From Selaginella moellendorffii (taxonomy: Eukaryota; Plantae; Lycopodiophyta), in assembly GCF_000143415.4 (NCBI RefSeq), contig NW_003314268.1, positions 2,496,494 through 2,560,493 on the forward strand: a DNA stretch of 64,000 nucleotides. Reading direction: 5' to 3'. The notes beneath the pieces are model-generated. The model did no database searches and was not told the DNA's origin. It saw only the letters and a list, made by a program, of their open reading frames with translations. Both the position numbers and the translations under genes were made by a program. Positions 61,779 through 64,000 of this stretch are shown in pieces (the stretch's first letter is position 1; each line of letters opens with the position of its first letter).

Positions 61779-63000
61779 ATGGGGGCGCGCTTTGCGATCC
61801 GTGGCGTGATTTACGAATGTCGAGCGTTCCTCCAGCCGGCATCGTCCGGTAAATCGGTCGTGGCCGGCGGCGGCGGCAAAGATTGCAGCTCGTCCGCATC
61901 TGTGAGCGCGAGATCGAGCACCTCGGAAGTGGCGGGGACCGTGGCAGCGGCCGATGTGATCGCTGGGCTCGGGATTGGGGGAATGCTGCCGGGAGCAGCG
62001 GGTAGTATCGGATTCGCAGCCGCGGAAGGAGACATTGGAGGAGATGGAGGGCTTGATCGGGTCCAGGCAGAGCATTAGATCAAAGTATGCCGAGAAGCTA
62101 ATGGCAAGGAGAATGGCCGCGGAATCGAGAAGGGAGCAGCAGGGACGATTTGGTGTGGAAGCTGGCGATGAGAATTTTGCCATGCCATCGATATCTTCGG
62201 ACAACAAGTTTGAAGCTGTGCGAGGGTCGATGCAATTACTGGGATACTTGCAGGTGAGAAATCAGGAATGAAGAGTTTGATCTTCGATTTCTCGGCAAGA
62301 ATTCTTTTTTCTCTTTTCTTCGCCTCGAGTAAGAGCTCTTTTCCTTGCGCGTTTATCTGGGTGACTGAATTTTCTCTTGGTCGTAGGAACGAGGAGTGCT
62401 CCAGGCTCTCGTGGCTCCAAACAATGGAAACCAGGAACGGGCATACCTTGATCAGCTGCTTCACAAGTTTAGCTTCGACTGCGTCGAGAACACCGAAGAT
62501 GGATTGAGGTTGGACTAGATTTTTTTGGTTTGATGATAGAAAACGATGAGAAAACTTTGTTGCAGTGAGGATGTGGTGAGCTCTCTCTGCTCAAAGTGGT
62601 GTCTTCCTGCGAATCAAGTCATGGTGGTAAGCATTCTCATCTCATTTCGCTGCTAGAGCTTACAAAATCCAATTTTTCATAGGTGGTCTCGGCAGATCTA
62701 ATCCCAGACCTCATGAATCCTGCCGGAATCTTCAAGTGCCGCGTGACCGACGCCAAAAATGCTGCTGCTGCCGAGGGAAATCTTGAGGAATTCGCTGCGG
62801 GCAGCCAAGAAAAACCAAGACAAACAGGGATGTTTCAATGGTTCCGCACAGATTTCCAGCAGATATCTCCGGAGCCAGTTCTTCGCCCAGGAAACCATTT
62901 CAATGCGCATTACAACGTGAAGGACATGACACAGCTCAAGTGGCTGTTCGAAGAGCTCAATGGAATCTCTTACAGGCCCATTCTCTCTGGGGTTAAATGA
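61779..63000 (+). CDS. Uncharacterised protein, possibly degenerate HAD-like fold; apparent 1-nt frameshift near 62073
   Basis: MGARFAIRGVIYECRAFL N-terminus, spliced exons (LLGYLQ|ERGV..; NQVMV|VVSAD..) and end ELNGISYR. The two N-terminal ORFs are in different frames with no suitable intron between them. Confidence 0.55.
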
Positions 63001-63029
63001 GGTAATTTAAAGTGTGGCTTTGGCGGGAA

Positions 63030-63660
63030 ATGAAATTTAGGGTTCTTGGCGATAGGGGTTTTATGGCGCACGCGAATTCTATTCCAGGTATGATCTTGGC
63101 CTTGGATCGCAGCGGACGATCTTTCCTTGGAATCTGGAGCCGCAGGGAGCTCGCATTTTCGATGCTCGCGCTTCCTATTGTAGCGCTGCCTCCAGCGGCA
63201 GCTCGGGCAGAGCAGGAGGCTAGTGTCAAGAAGGAGGAGAGCTTGCTGGATGGGATTCTGTCGGTGTTTGATCCAAACGAGACGACGAAGTCCGGGAAGA
63301 AGCTGCCAAAGAGCTACCTCAAGGCGGCCCGGGATGTAGTGAAGAATTTGCGCGAGGCTTTGCAGAAGGATCCAGCCAAGGAGGAGCAGAAGTTCCGGGA
63401 GGCTGCAAACACTGCCAAGGATTCCATTCGGGAGTACCTCACGAAATGGAAAAATTCCAAAGAGGTCCAAGAACAAGTAAGCCAGGTTCATAGCTTTTCT
63501 CCTTCTCATTGTTTATATGCAGAGCTCGTATCAAGTTTTGGGAAAAGCTTTGCGGCAGCTTGGGAGTTTCTACTTGAAATCTGGACCAACAGCGGTTATG
63601 CCAGACGATATCAAGTCAGAGATTTTGCAAAACCTTAGCAATGCCGAGACAGATTTGTAA
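63030..63660 (+). CDS. LPA19: Photosystem II D1 precursor processing protein Psb27-H2 / LPA19 (2 exons)
   Basis: Twin-Arg lumen signal SRRELAF..AARA, then FDPNETTKSGKKLPKSYLKAARDVV...AKDSIREYL..|SY..L..FY..GP..MPDDIKSEIL. Start may be 63063. Confidence 0.9.
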
Positions 63661-63686
63661 CGAAGCTTTTTGATCCATCGCCGTTG

Positions 63687-64000
63687 TCATCGCCTGGCCA
63701 GTATGTTTTTTCCTATTGTTTTTGCGGTGCTCGACACTGCCTTGGATGCCTTGACAAGTTTGGTGAGCTCGCAGGAAAGCGAGTGAACGTTGGATAGCAT
63801 TATGTAAGACGAGGAGAGTTTGGAATCCAGCTCCACAAGCTTCTCAGCAGCACGCTTTGCTCGCCTCTCATCGTCGTGAGTTTTGCAAGCTCCGAGAAAA
63901 GCTGTCCAGGCTATGATCTTCTCGTCGCGAGAGAGAGGTATACTCTCCATCGCATTCTCCGCTAACTCCAACTTCCCAATCCTTCCTAGCAGATCTATCC
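63687..64000 (-). CDS. PLS-class pentatricopeptide repeat protein, C-terminal E domain (5' part outside window)
   Basis: DLLGRIGKLELAE..MP-like..AWTAFLGACKTH..AAEKLVELD...SYIMLSNV. No DYW tail. Confidence 0.85.
   Translation of the reverse strand, partial: IDLLGRIGKLELAENAMESIPLSRDEKIIAWTAFLGACKTHDDERRAKRAAEKLVELDSKLSSSYIMLSNVHSLSCELTKLVKASKAVSSTAKTIGKNILARR

Overview
Eukaryotic land-plant nuclear DNA with dense genes, mostly 45-70 nt introns and plant telo-boxes. The style fits the lycophyte Selaginella, which is an inference. There are three zones. (1) 0.7-10 kb: a CYP71-clan P450 pseudogene, a NUP214 nucleoporin copy with in-frame stops, an intact-looking A_thal_3526-family gene, and a divergent Dof gene with a stop inside its domain. 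(2) 10.4-31.3 kb: an AT-rich, CpG-depleted block bounded by 39-bp terminal inverted repeats. It reads as one old DNA transposon (probably PIF/Harbinger) holding a truncated gypsy element, a decayed chromovirus, and two non-coding LTR elements of one family nested one inside the other (GGTAT target duplication). An assembly gap lies at 22225-22813. (3) 33-64 kb: a compact gene array of DUF829, a small TM protein, a U4 snRNA with its USE/TATA promoter, two RING-CH E3 ligases, QTRT2, a GT31 galactosyltransferase, an LRR-VI receptor-like kinase, ELP6, three tandem GDSL lipases, a J-domain protein, MRE11, an F-box protein, a frameshifted HAD-like gene, Psb27-H2/LPA19 and the 3' end of a PLS-E PPR gene. 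No clearly new biological system is demonstrated. The strongest leads are the nested transposon architecture with its autonomous/non-autonomous retroelement pairing, the possible intron-split start codons (AT|G) in MRE11 and NUP214, and the atypical C-x4-C Dof with QNNFWG repeats.
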